DNA from: Psilocybe cubensis
Lineage: Eukaryota
Direction: 5' to 3'
Length of the DNA stretch: 64,000 nucleotides
NCBI GenBank assembly: GCA_017499595.2
Contig: CM039006.1
Location: forward strand, 62,001-126,000
Position 1 is the stretch's first letter; every line of letters starts with the position of its first letter. This document shows positions 1 to 13,000 of the stretch, in pieces. Both the position numbers and the translations under genes were made by a program. The notes beneath the pieces are model-generated. The model was not told the origin of the DNA, did not search any database, and saw nothing but the letters and a program-made list of their open reading frames with translations.

Positions 1-2020
1 ATAACCATCTGACCAACAAGATCATTTCCAAGTCACATACAGAACGCACACTCTTTGTCGTCTATTCATCACCACACATTGACAATGGGTATACGCCTCA
101 GTAACCTCACTGTCCCAATGGCATACATCAACATCAACATGAATACCCGCATGAACATTACTGCCACACACATGTACGCGCGCTTGGGATTAAGCTGGCG
201 AAAGCAGTGTTTGAGGTGGTTTGAGGATGATACTAGGTTCGTTGATCTTTTGGGTACGTTATCCTTGCTGGCATAGTTGCGTCTCTCCATGTGTGCTTGA
301 GACGCGTTTCTGACTTGAAACTTGTATCTCGCTGCTTGATTTTCACTTTCCCTATCTCATCGCATCCCACTCATGGCGGTGCATTTGTACATTAATGGAC
401 ATCCAGTAGACTGTATATTTTTCAATGGATGAATGTATATGACAGGTCGCGAGGGTTCAAATGTTGTAAGGAGGGTACCAAAGTCTATCAATTCAAACGC
501 ATATAATGGCTTGAAAGGTAAGGAAAGAACTCCACCTCCACACAGTCCATGGTCCAACGTTCGCTATACCGAGATCTCATAAATAGTACACAACTTCCTT
601 CACTTACGGAACACCGCCAATTTGATTTCATAGAAGATGTCTGAGAGCCTCCGCTTGATATTGTCCGAATTCTCAAAATGCAAACCGAATCCGAGCCAGT
701 TAGGCTTGTGTACTCGTCCCGCGTCGACTGGAACCAAATAAAATCGCAAGGATACTCGGAAGCGGGTGGATGAGACTTAACATGCATGAATGAGACATAA
801 ATGAAGGCAAAGCAAGGTAACTCGGACAAAATCTAAATTCTAGACTCAAGGATATATGCTCCATTTGCTTTCTGTGCTGCGAATATACTGAAGCATGCGC
901 CAGCACGGCGGGCAGGCTGTGGCAGTAATGTTGCGGGAATGAACAAGAACGTCAATTTCCGACCTGCAAAAGCACTTTGAGAGACAGTTACAGAGCATGA
1001 CGTAGAGCACTTGCCAATATCGAGTTCTCCCTGTCAACTTTGCGACCAGACTCCTCAAATTGGTCCCCCTCTTTGCAGTTGGTAATGGCGGCGGACCGGA
1101 CTGAGCACATGTTCTAACACTATGCTGGAAGATTGATGAACCGTCTTCAGCTTCGATTATACTGGGTTCTCCGTGAATGTTATTGTGCAAGCAGTGGAGG
1201 AAGTGAGGACGGTGAATGAGGACGGGACGCAGGCATGCAAACTCGAATCATCAAAAGAGGACAAAATTCAGAGAGCGATTACACACCTTTAACCATTGCT
1301 TAATACACCACCAGATTACCATCCCACTCCTCCAATCTCTATCGAGTAATAGTGATGGTGTCCTATGACATTTAAAAGGATCAAGGACGGGCTGATCGAG
1401 ATCTCGCAAGCAAGGGGAGTTCACGAATCATCACAATCCCCCAAGTCTTTTAAAGCGGAGATTAAATCGAGTTCTCTTTGCGCCCGTGCCCCGTCAAGGC
1501 GTCTCACTTCATGGATACCTCACTCCTGAAATACTTTCTCGGACTGTAAATCCACGAGCGCTGGTAAGCTCTGTGAGATAAACGCTCCCCCAAACATGTC
1601 CATTGTATGTGTGAAACCAATGTTGCTGTAGGTGGGATACATTTTATAACCGGCAAGCTGTAGTAACTTTGGTGTGTACGTCGCGAGGTCAGGACACCAA
1701 TCAGCAACTAATTCGACGACATAAAATAGCAAGAAATAGTATATACCGCGCAATTCAAAGTGACAATGCATGTGTACTGTTTCCCAGTACATGTTCATCC
1801 GTTGACGTATACAGGGCAATAGTTGATGCACAACTCACTTTTAGCATACACATACTTACCATCTGACGGGGTTTTAGCACTCAATCTCAAAAAAAGAGAT
1901 AATGATACAAACTTAATAAAATGTATTGTAACAAACCCGAAGCACGAAAATAAGGATACAGCAGTGAGCATAATTAAAAAGGAATATTATACAAACACTT
2001 GTCAAGACACAAATGCATTT

Positions 2021-3142
2021 TCACCTGTGTCCATGGATCTTGGTCACGTCAAGGACCCAATAGTCTCCCTTCTTCCCATCACGCTCAATTCGCCTGAATT
2101 GAGGCAGATGGGTGAGGTACCCACGAAGTGTTCCCTAAGCAATACAATATGGTCAGTATTAAATCATTTAAAAAATATACATTTACTTACACACCATCCA
2201 GAATTAGAAGTCCGTGTATTTGCCAGCACCGGATACCTCTTTACCAAGAAGTTTATTATTTCCTGTACTGTTGCTCTATTACTCTCTGAGGAGCAGAGAA
2301 CAAGCATCAGGGTGTCTATTTCTTTGTATCGAACCCATGGAGTGACATCCACGGGCCACGCATCTTCAATTGCAACATCGCGGGGGATGTTGAGAATGTC
2401 ACGAATGACGTTCTCCGTGTCCTCCTGCGACGGCAATGAATCTTCTTCTTCACGGCTTAGCCTCCCTGTCCCGCCCGAAACGCGCTTTGCTGCCGTACTA
2501 CCAGCAGCTGTCCGTCTACGACGGCCAACCTGGCCAACGTACCACCTTATTAGTTATCGGACAAGACCTAAGGAATAAAATTGACATGCCTTTGATGATC
2601 TCTGTGGGCCTATTGTTCCTTGTGATATGTTTACACTGGAGGCGGAAGGTATGCAGGAAGTTGAGTAAGGGGAGATGGTGGCAGCGGGTGTAGATGTAGG
2701 AGCGAATGTATGACATGAGGAAGAATAGTTGTTTGAGTAGGCATAAGGGTTACTGATATACCATGCAGTATAGACCGTAGGCTGGTACACATCGGACAGG
2801 TCAGTTGACATCTGATACACAAGATATCCGAGAGCACAATACCGCGGGACTCCTCCGAAGTAAGGGGAAAGGCTGCAGGGCAGCAGGCCCACCGCTCGTG
2901 TTCTCGCCGCCGCTTAGTGTGCCCGAAGCAAACCAAGAGTCGCCAGGCAGCCGAGATTCCTGGTAATCCCCCACTTTCTGCTCTGTTGCCTCATGCTCGG
3001 ACTCGTCATCGAAATTCACGTATCTCTCCATTTCTTGGCACCACTGTTCGATCTGCTCCTCTGTTGGTTTTGAGTCTTGTGAATGGAAAATCCTAAGGCC
3101 ATCTTGGCTCCGAGAAGTATCTGAACACTGTGTTTGCTTCAT
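2021..3142 (-). CDS. Divergent forkhead (winged-helix)-like domain protein, 4 exons, about 314 aa
   Basis: Exons 3142-2843, 2781-2590, 2529-2191 and 2134-2021 join in frame; all introns are phase 0 and 56-61 nt, and the second needs a GC-AG donor. The C-terminus LVLCSSESNRATVQEIINFLVKRYPVL...SGWC|GTLRGYLTHLPQFRRIERDGKKGDYWVLD follows the forkhead pattern (SSxxxRLTLxEIYxxIxxxFP...GWxNSIRHNLS...FxKVxR...GKGxYW). Confidence 0.7.
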
Positions 3143-5924
3143 AGTTGTATGTGGTGGTTTGGATATGCAAAAAATGGGCAAGGGCAGGAGAAAGTATCAA
3201 ATCAGAGGCAATGGTGAGATGGACAAAAAGGACATGATACGCGCCGTTAATTTGCCAGAGCCACTGGTTGTATAAGATGCATCGGACCGTCAAATAGGTT
3301 CCCATCAATAATAAGTGACACTTGTGATAAAACCAGGTATTGAACATGCAGCCTAAAGGTTGTCATGTTAATCGTGGAAGCTCATTGTTCTCTACCTAAA
3401 ATTCTCACAAAGATACTAACTAACTGCCAGTCAACATCCAGATTAACGGTCACTGGTGACCGGAATGCACAATAGGTTGTAGAGGATTAGACGACTAATC
3501 TTAGTCTGGAAATTAAATGAGTCGTGTGGAGACTTGGAGCGACTTTGGGACATCCGCGGGGAGGTTGACACAGTCATCAGATAGCTGAATGACATATCCC
3601 AAGGCATCATGAAAAAAGAAACGCCTCTGAAAACCAAGCTTCTAAGCGTGTGTATTCTAGTTCAGAATACGTACAGCTGTCAATCTATCCAGGGCGGTAG
3701 TTGACCCACAAATCATTTCTAGAACATGCGGCATGTGATGTAAGTCGACTGTTTTATTTAGATAGCGTATATTGTTTACGAGACATCTTTCGTTATATCT
3801 ATTATAACAGCCCCTCTGTGAGAGGTAGTTTCAACTTAAACTGCAATACCTAATTGTAAACCTACTTGTAATTAAGCGCCCATGCACAAGTAGTTTGAGC
3901 TGAAGAAATTCGCTAATTCCTCGACAACAGGTCACCGGGAAATACCGCCGCCGTATATCCCATAAATTAGGATTGGCTACACGCTGCTACATGCCTCCTG
4001 ATCTTCGTCCGTCTCAAATAGGCAGGTTCAGTCAATCGGCTTCCGTCTAATGGATCCGCTAGTTCTGTCCCTGCGCACAGACCGCTGCCAATTGGAAACT
4101 TCTTCGTGGTTGAGGGCATGTGCAGGGTTCCTTCTCCAAATTGACCAATAGTATTGCATTCCGGAGCGCTCCATTCATGCGCTGGCAAAGCATGCGAGCT
4201 GGAAAAATGTCCGTTGAGCTGAGATTCTCCGGACAATAAAAGTATAATGACTTCTTTTTTCACCAGTCCTTTTTGAAGTACCTGTACATCGGGCCTTATC
4301 TAAACGCTCTGCAAGCGTACAGCTCGTGTCACGGATCTTCATTGACACAGAGAAATTGATGTCATGCAAGGTTCTCGTAGAACATGGGCGCAACACCTCG
4401 AGGAGTGGCCGTCGTGATACGTCGGATTTTTGCGGATTGATGAACGGGTTGGCTACTTATCGATTATCTCTCTAATGTTGCTGTGAAATAATGGCAGTGA
4501 GTTTTAGAAATAAATGCACATGTTATACAAACCGTTTTTTGTTACCTTCAGATGGGTCATCAACAGCGTACTCAGGCTGTCTTCCAGCTTCTCGGTGGAG
4601 CCACCTAACAAGCCTAGGACCAGAAATCAGAAGGCTATGTTCTCAAAGGAGTTGTGGGTATGCCTCGACTCCCGATGACGTGGGAAATTACTCACAGTAA
4701 TTAGCATCGGACCAAATCTCACATTATCGAGTCATACGGAAACCCTAACCCAACCTATAGCTATCCTTGACGTGATTGCTGACTCCTTGGTGCGCAGGAT
4801 AGTGAGCTCCAATGCGTTGCAAGCTCTTTGGCAGGCCTAGGATGATGAGCGGTCTTTCCCGGGTCGGAGATTAAAATAAATGATTGGCGAGTGGCGATCA
4901 GTGATCGTTGATCGATAACTGCCAGCGGCGGCTTTCAGTCGATAACCCCCACATGCATATTTTCTGGCTAATATCTTCGCGACCGGTTTTGTAGCACTCT
5001 TGCCAATTTTGAACCTCAATTTACTTCTCTTTAGACATTTGTGCGCAAGCAATTTTCTGGACGGACGGGGTGGATTGGGTAGAGAAGCGGCCTCCGGGAC
5101 CATGCCTCCTTAGCCTACATCTCATGAGTGCGGTGTATTTCTTCCTGGAAAGGACCATCGTGTTGTGTCAAAACAACTCAGGTTTTTTGAGGACCCGCAT
5201 AGAGTTTCTTTGAGTCGGCAGCGTATGTATGTGAAAATTCATATCCGGATTCGAAACTTCTCTACTTGGTTTCCTCTGTTTATTGTTTTTTGATGCAATG
5301 TAATGAGTGTAACACAACATTGGCATCAATAGTGATACGGGGACGGATATGGGAACGACGGAGATTACATGTACAACTTGATAAGACCTGATAAGATCAT
5401 ATAGATTACCCACGGATGTGCACACAACAACGTAACCGCACAGAGTTCGACGTTGTTATCAGACGTCGAAGATCTTCTCAGGCTTTTTGACAGTGGGACA
5501 AATTCGTACTTCTGTGCATGAGGATGGTTCGAGTCAGGGCACCCTTTAGTAAGTGTATTACAATCTACAATCATGATAGACAGCAATACGACATATGTGA
5601 TCAAACAAGGTGACCTCGTTGCTTGAAATGAGGTTCACTGGAGGTCTTCAGTATGGAAATGTGCATTAATTCAGGGCTGTAACATCGGAGCGCAGTTGCT
5701 AATGCACCCTCTGATGTCCTATGCTCCGGTTAAAGAAGAGTTCTGTATGGGAAATTATCATCAAATCTCGGGTCGAATTTACACATTGTAAGCGTCAGTC
5801 CAATTCTCCGGATTAAGAACTAGAGCCTGGGATTTTTTGTACACACATTAGAATGTCACTGTTCTCTGGCAACAGACTATTCCGCCCCACTTCCACCATT
5901 GTCCATCCACTCAACATTCCAATA

Positions 5925-7871
5925 ATGCATTCCCTCAATTTTTCTGATTTGCAAGACTACATACAACATATTCCGTACAACACCAACCCGGTCGCCTTGT
6001 GCGAGCAGTCAAATACAAATGGCGACCCAGCCCCTTTGGAAGCTGCAAATACCCCTTTGACTGGGTCATCTAGCATTTATCATCAACCCTCCAGGCTCCG
6101 TTTAGACCCAGAGGTGCTGGCTAGCATCAAACGGCTTATTGAAGAGGTGGAAGAAGAAATGGGTGTAAACTATCTCGACTTGGTTAAGACGCCAGAGGCG
6201 AGTGGCGCAGGCATCTACAATAGCTGGATATCAACCTCACAGACTATCCCATTGGTACACTCTACATCACACTCAATACAGCAGTCAACGCCTGAAGAAA
6301 TTGAGGATTCATACGATCCTCGGAATGGATTTGAGCCACCAGCCGCCACAGCAGCGATACCTACACAGATCAGTACGTTCCCAGAGCTACTAAACTCGCG
6401 GAATACGGCTTCTTTAAGCAGAAGACGTGGTGTTGAAACGTCAGTCCTAAAACTTAATACTTCATACCCCAATTGAAAACAAATTATGCTTTTAGATCAA
6501 TATCAATGTCAATGCCGGTAATGGGACAGGCAGGTCCCTCTCGTTGGCATCAAGAGGAAAGGGCATATGGTGAGCCGATCCAGCCATCGATTGACAGGAG
6601 CGTGTGGCTCGAACATGATATGAAGGGTTCGTCTTGTGGTGAATTGTATTCTCAACATGATTACCCATCGTTTCGTCTATATACAGGAACATCGTCATAT
6701 CCCGAGTATACAGAACTCCCGGGCAGTTCTACCCACAATACGCTACGTGATACCATCGATGTATCTTCCTATCATCGGAATAACGGGACGAGTGAGCTTG
6801 TTCCAAATTTATCTAAAAGCCCATTTCCAATCTCATCGTTTGCAGACCGAAGCCTTGAATTGGATATGGTGCCCGTACAAAATACGCAGAATACAAATGG
6901 TGATGAAATGTCAGTCTTACCAACACATTCACAACAAATTTGTCTGAGTTTGATTTTAGGTCAACTCCACCACCTCCCCACGTATGGGGAAGCGCTGATG
7001 CAGCCCAGTATCAGGGTATGTTTTACGACCATGCTCAGCCATGGTTTCAGCCAGGTGAGGGTTCCAACACCCATCATCCATCAACGTCTTTCTCCTCAGA
7101 AAGAGAGAAGAAAGAAACAATCAAAACAGGATCGATCAAGGATGGACGCGAAGAACTTCGCTCCAGGCTCACAAATGAGCCTGTAGAGCGTCAAGACATC
7201 GATGAAGCCCAAACAAATGATGGAGGGTATGAAGTTTTTTTCTCCTCTCTTCCGAGTAGACACTGACATTGTTCCTTATGAAATATCAGGTGCGGAGAAT
7301 GCCCAGCGGAAGGTCATGGCCAGAAAATTGGGAGGTGTGTTCAACAGCAATAATTTAGAGACTCAGAACTCACAAGGAAAAATTGTTTTGTTTTTAGGGA
7401 CGAGATCGCGTCTCAAAAGAGGCGACGCGAGGACTCAGACTCGGAGATCGAGTCCGCTGGAGGCCCCCGGCAGCCCAGAAAATCCAAGGTGAATGAGTCT
7501 CCGGACTCCATTCCAGGAAACATTAGCACAGCGGTACAGGGCTCTCGGGGGAAGCCCAGAAACCTGAACCCGCGGGCGCCAGCAATGATGAGGTCGTACG
7601 CACACGCCTTGACCCCGCTGACGATGCCTGAGGCAAAGGAAGGGGGGTTCATTGCACTCGTCACTGCAGGGACAAAGGAGGCTAGCAAGGCGTTTGGCCA
7701 CCACCAAATGCCCGTCGACATGGACAGCATGACAATGGTGTAAGTGCTTTTTGATTCCACATTGCTCGGATAAGATAGTGACTTACGTGCCGTAATTCCC
7801 AAAGAACCGGTTTCCCCGATGCAACCAAAAAGAAAGGATTGAGAGGTCGTAAAAAGTTGAAGGCCAGTTAA
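5925..7871 (+). CDS. Hypothetical low-complexity protein with basic NLS-like segments, 6 exons
   Basis: ORFs 5853-6476, 6473-7186, 6940-7266 and 7489-7743 are joined by five short GT-AG introns (donors GTCAGT, GTCAGT, GTATGA, GTGTGT, GTAAGT) with consistent phases, ending ...KKGLRGRKKLKAS-TAA. The start could be 5853 or 5925. No domain recognised. Confidence 0.65.
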
Positions 7872-8188
7872 TGATGGGATAGCAGAGGAGACCGCTGCGT
7901 ATGGTAGTCAGTAGGCTGTAGAGGACGTCGTCGACGGCAGTGGAAATCAATTTTTTTAATCTTATCAGTCTTCCTCATCGATAGGCCGGTTTGATTTCAC
8001 ACGGCAAATTTCGGCATCGACGTCCCGTTATACAAACAAATTGCCCCTCATGGTTCGACGTGAAGTCTAGAAAATATTTAAGTAACTCTCTGTCCCTGGG
8101 TGATTATTATGATGTGGTAGGCACCAGGAATTACTCCTATATGCATGTCCGAATTGTGTAGATTAATTAAATAATCATGCAAGGGTCG

Positions 8189-8619
8189 TGTTAAGTTCCG
8201 AGTAAAATGTAAAGAGAACTCGCTTAGAAAATGAGTCCTAAACTCAATTTATCTACGTGGGCTCTGAGATTGGTTGCACAAATTAGTTATCTAGTAGTTG
8301 AGTTCTAGATAACCTTAATACACAGCCTAACTGTGTATACGTACGGTTGATAGTTGATGCTTTAAACACCTTCGAGTTTGGTTGTGTAATACTGAATAAA
8401 ATTGATAATCTTTACCTACAACAAGTTCCCTGTATATATACTATTGTCGACTACTAGTTCTCGTTAATTCTACGACCTTCGTTAACACCGTCGAAGAATC
8501 CTGTGACTTCGGGCAGACTCAAGGATCCCCGAGACGTCGCGGTTTATTCCCCTTTGTCACGTCTCGTGAATTAATCGTGTGACTAGTACTTTATCTTTGG
8601 ACAAGCATGATCCCTAACA
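8189..8619 (-). repeat. 3' LTR (431 bp)
   Basis: Matches 16887-17317 except C8538 versus T17236 (by-eye comparison). Confidence 0.97.
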
Positions 8620-8630
8620 TAGCCCCCCCA
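8620..8630 (-). promoter_or_regulatory. Polypurine tract (G7) next to the 3' LTR
   Basis: Minus strand TGGGGGGGCTA immediately precedes the TGTTAGG start of the 3' LTR. Confidence 0.8.
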
Positions 8631-8878
8631 GTCACAGATTAATTCCAGTCAAAGACCGTTAAATTTTCCTCGTGATCTTTATTTAAGAAGCTAGCAATTT
8701 TTAATGAAATCAATTCTACCAATACTCGAAGAAGAAAAAGGAAAAGAAATATTAGTAAAGACTAAAGTATAGCTGACTGTTTATGTATGATTTTTTGTGG
8801 CTTTAATCATGAGATAGAGAAAAGAAGGAAAGAAAAAAAAATAAAGTGAATAGAAGGTAATTAAGAATGTGAAGCCAA

Positions 8879-9836
8879 TTATAATTCAATGCCGAGTAAA
8901 TCTTTTCCTACCGCGCGAATAATAAACACCTCGTTCTCGTCAAAGCCCTCCAGCGGTCCAGTGCTTCTTATGGCGGCGAGCACGCGACCTTCGAGGAACT
9001 GATTCTTCTTTGCAGCCGTCGACACTTGCGGATGAAGGCGCAACTCCGTGCATGTCTCTTGCTCTCCGACGTCGTGATCGTTGTTGACGAGGTAAGGTGC
9101 TTAGGAGTAGAGTATGAATATTGCAAGTTTGTGAAATGAGAACGAAGGACATACTCCTTTCGATGGAACCTATATCGAAAATAACGGATGGAGGAGGGAT
9201 GGATGCTTTGACCGAGCGAACGTCATGAATTCCCGAAACGTATTCCATGAACGCACCCCACGTGAGTCCAAAATACGCGCCCCAGTTCCAATGACTGTCA
9301 ACACCTTGGGCCAACGAAGTTTGCATAGCCATGGCGATCCATTCAATGTACGCTTTGATGGTGTCGTTGACGATTTGGACCTCGTGTGCGACTTCCTCTC
9401 GAGAAGCGAAGCGACGGAGCAAAGGATTAACCTTGGTCTGAATCAAGAACTGCGGCAACAAAAGTGGGTCCATCTGAATAGATTCAAACTTCCCTGCTGG
9501 TACCGTGAGTGGGATATTGTTGGCTTGACTAAGCTCGAATGGGTTGTGATCGTTCGCTGCACAGGTAATGATAGTGCACAAATGTTTGAGCGTATTCCAC
9601 TGAGTTTGTGCACGCGCTTCCTGCAGCTCGAAAGATAAGACGCCTTGATCTAAGCGAGGAATGACGTCAATAGGGTTGTAAGCATAGTCTACCGAGGAGT
9701 AGCCGATTGCCCCGCCAAACGCCGCCTTGAGAAAAGGAACACGTAAGACACGCTCAAGATACGCCACAGACTCGGATGGAGCTGGGGCCAGAACGGCGGT
9801 CGAAACGACGGGGAGTTCCATAGTGAAGCTAGACAT
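8879..9836 (-). CDS. Extra ORF inside the retrotransposon downstream of pol; predicted spliced product about 300 aa, function unknown
   Basis: Part of the 377-aa ORF 8940-10073. ATG at 9836 is in AACCATG context. A predicted intron at 9154-9100 (GTATGT...AAG, 55 nt) joins to a 74-codon open exon ending TAA at 8879. Unspliced, the frame ends at 8940. Confidence 0.7.
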
Positions 9837-10069
9837 GGTTCTGGAGTAGAAAGGATCAGTCAGAGCAGGATCGACGACTTTCAAGTTATCGATACTAACC
9901 TGTAGATGTTGGATTGAAAAACTGCGTTGAGACGATAGTTTGTTTGATTCGAATACCTCTCTCTGAATACAGCTTATATCCCAGAGTGATGAAAGAAACC
10001 TAGATTTGGGAGCCATTACCTTAATTGTACTTGACCGAAGATCGTTGTTCTGCTGTAAATTCATGTACA

Positions 10070-13000
10070 TCATCTTCTGTCTTTGATTATGATTCCTCGG
10101 TTAGTCCATTCGTCCAAAATCTGTGGTGCATTTGCTAATTCCCTCCTAGTGAGCCATTCATCGTCTTCTTTTGGGAAGTCTTTCCATCGGACAAGATATT
10201 TTTTTACTCGTCTCCCTTTCCCGCGTGACTTAAACAGTCTTTCATCGACAATTTTCTCGATCTGTACCTCGGGTAGATTGTCGAAAGATTCCCGCATTGA
10301 TTCCATCTCTTCTCTTTCACCAAACTCTTTTGGGGATTCGTTGTATTTGACTAAATGTCCTATGTTTATTATCGGATGATTTCCATAAGATACCGGCAAT
10401 CTCAGCTGATAAGTGACTGGGCTAAGTTTCTTTGATATCTCAAAGGGACCATCGTACCTGACTAATAATTTCTGCCCTCTACCCTTTTCTTTCCGTAGCA
10501 ATTCTAAAGAATGCGGGTTAATTAGAACCTTATCTCCTTCCTCGAATTCTTCATTCCGACGTCCTTTGTTGTAAGCCTTTTGTTGATAAGCTTGACCTAA
10601 TTTTAGAGCTTCTCTTGCTTGAGTTCTGTCCGCTTCAAATTGTTCTAGAATATCTATTGCTCTTTGTTCCGTGGCTTCTAAATTTTCCATGGTAATAGAT
10701 CTGTCAATGTATGGTCCGGAATTCAACAATGTAGATCGAGTTATTGGAGTATATCCTCTGAGTAAAAATGCTGGTGCATAAGTTGTTGCAGAATGTGGCG
10801 TTGAATTATAAGCTAGCATTATTCCATCAAGATGATCTACCCAGTCTTTACGAGAAGCCTCAACGTATGCGCGTAGCGTTATTTCCAGTCCTTGATTTAA
10901 TATTTCTGTTTGTCCATCCGCTTGTGGGTGATATGCCGTTGTAAGAGCTCTTTTCATTCCCATTAATCTGCATATTTCTCCCCAAAACTCATTCCTCCAT
11001 CGAGAATCTCTGTCGGTTATGACTTGTCTTGGTATCCCATAATGCGCTATGATGTGTTTGAAAAACAGAGCTGCGGTTTCCTCCTCTGTCACATTTGTTT
11101 TACAAGGGATGAATATTCCGTATTTGGTCAGTTTGTCTACTATGACCAATATATTATTATACCCCCCCGAAACTGGCAAATCCGGAATGAAATCCATGCT
11201 CACAACTTCAAAGGGCTGAGTTGGAATGGGGATTGGTCTTAACAATCCATTTGCGGCTTCACGACGCGGTTTAATTTTCTGACAAATATCGCAGCTTGTC
11301 ACAAATTTCTTTATGTCCCGAGACATCCGTGGCCAATAGTATACTGATGCTAATTTATTGTAAAGCTTGTGATAGCCTGCATGTGCTGTTTCGGTGACGC
11401 CCTCATGTGTTTCTTCCAGCAATCGATTCCTGAATTCCTTCGGCACGCATAGCCGATCGTGCCCTAGCGCGTCTTCAAAGTAGATCAACCCGTCATCTGC
11501 GTACCTGTATTGTAAGAATTCAGCGCCACCGGCTTTGAAATTGTCTAAGACTTTGTTGAAATGTTCGTCTTTGATGTACCCTTTACACCATTCACTTAAC
11601 TCCTTCTCGGATATGCCGACTAAAACTGAAAAGCAGTTGGTATTTGCTATGTCAACTATTACTGTTTCGTTCTTTGTCTGTTGTATTTCAACAAAATTTG
11701 ACTCGACGTCGACAGGTAGGTCTTTGTCCTGGTTCTCTTGTCGTGTAGCCATCCGGAGGAGTTTTTCCTCAAATCGAGATCCCATCTCGTCGTACATCTC
11801 TTTGAGCGGATCATTCTCGGCAGATAAGGTGATCACCACATTATCATCCTTTATTGGATTTTCCGTGAAAGGAATACGCCTCCGCAATCTTGAAATAGGA
11901 TCAACGTTAGAGTGAACTTTTCCGGCACGATGAACTATACGAAGCTTTGGATAAGCCGCAAAAATCAATCCCCAGGTCAACAATCGCCTGTTGATGTTCT
12001 GAAAAGTCTTGCTCCATGTCAACGCCGCATGATCGGTTACTGCTAGAATATCTTCGCCTTCAAGGTATGGCTGGAATTTAATAAGCGCTTCCTTGAGAGC
12101 TAATGCCTCTCTTTCAGTTGGCGAATAATTTCTCTCTGCTGACTTCAAAACCCTTGACCAATATGAAATCACTCGTTCCACGTACACTGTGGTGTTTTCA
12201 AAATCAGGGTCCCATTTTCCTGGATCTGGCACATCATTTACTTCCTTATGGATGACTGTGACTAAGGATGGGACTGCTTCTCCTCGATCAAAGGCTTTCT
12301 TTAGTCGATCATAGATCTTCGTTCCACGTAGATCTCGTATTTTGATCGGTTGTACTTGCTGCAAGATTCCTGCTAGTCCAAAATCACAAGCATCAGTGTA
12401 TACACGATAGGGTAATCCAGGTTTCGCATATCCTCTTATTGGAGCGTTACTGAGTACTTGTTTACATAGCTCAAAAGCTTCTTCATGAAGTTCGGTCCAA
12501 TTCCAGTCGCTTTTCTTCTGTATTAATTTGAAGAGTGGATGAGCAATCCACGCATAGAAGGGAATGTAGTTAGCAAAATACACCATCATGCCTAGAAAAG
12601 TTTGGAGCTCTGCTACGTTGCGCGGTCGCTCCAGCGAAATAATAGCATCTACCTTCTCTTTGTGTGTTGAAAGGCCTAACCTGGAGACCTTCTGCCCTAG
12701 AAGCAGTAACGATTGGTATCCTAGATGACACTTGGCTGGTGACAAGGTGATATTTGCTTTCTCTATTGCATGGAAAACCCGTTCTAGATGTGTTAAATGT
12801 TCCTCAAATGTTTTTGAGAAAATGACAATGTCATCTATATAAACTAGGGTGAAGATCCATAGAAATGGCGCCAACACGGATTGCATAACACGCTGAAATA
12901 CACTTGGTCCATTCCTGTAACCAAATGGCATTCGTTTAAATTGCCATAATCCACGATGCGTTCGAAATGCGAGTTTCTCGGATGCCGAATTCGTCATTGT

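Noticed and set aside
400-1800. Plus-strand splice-like signals (GTAAGG, GTAAGC, GTACGT with CTAAT/TAG) and protein-like frames
   Set aside because: In-frame stops in each reconstruction and no recognisable domain; possibly a pseudogene, but not supportable.
1823-2578. 251-aa plus-strand ORF
   Set aside because: Antisense shadow of the spliced forkhead-like gene.
3443-5103. Several short minus-strand ORFs that might be exons
   Set aside because: Could not assemble a consistent gene model or identify a domain.
8940-10073. Calling the extra ORF an env gene
   Set aside because: No signal peptide, fusion-peptide pattern or transmembrane anchor visible; only its position is env-like.
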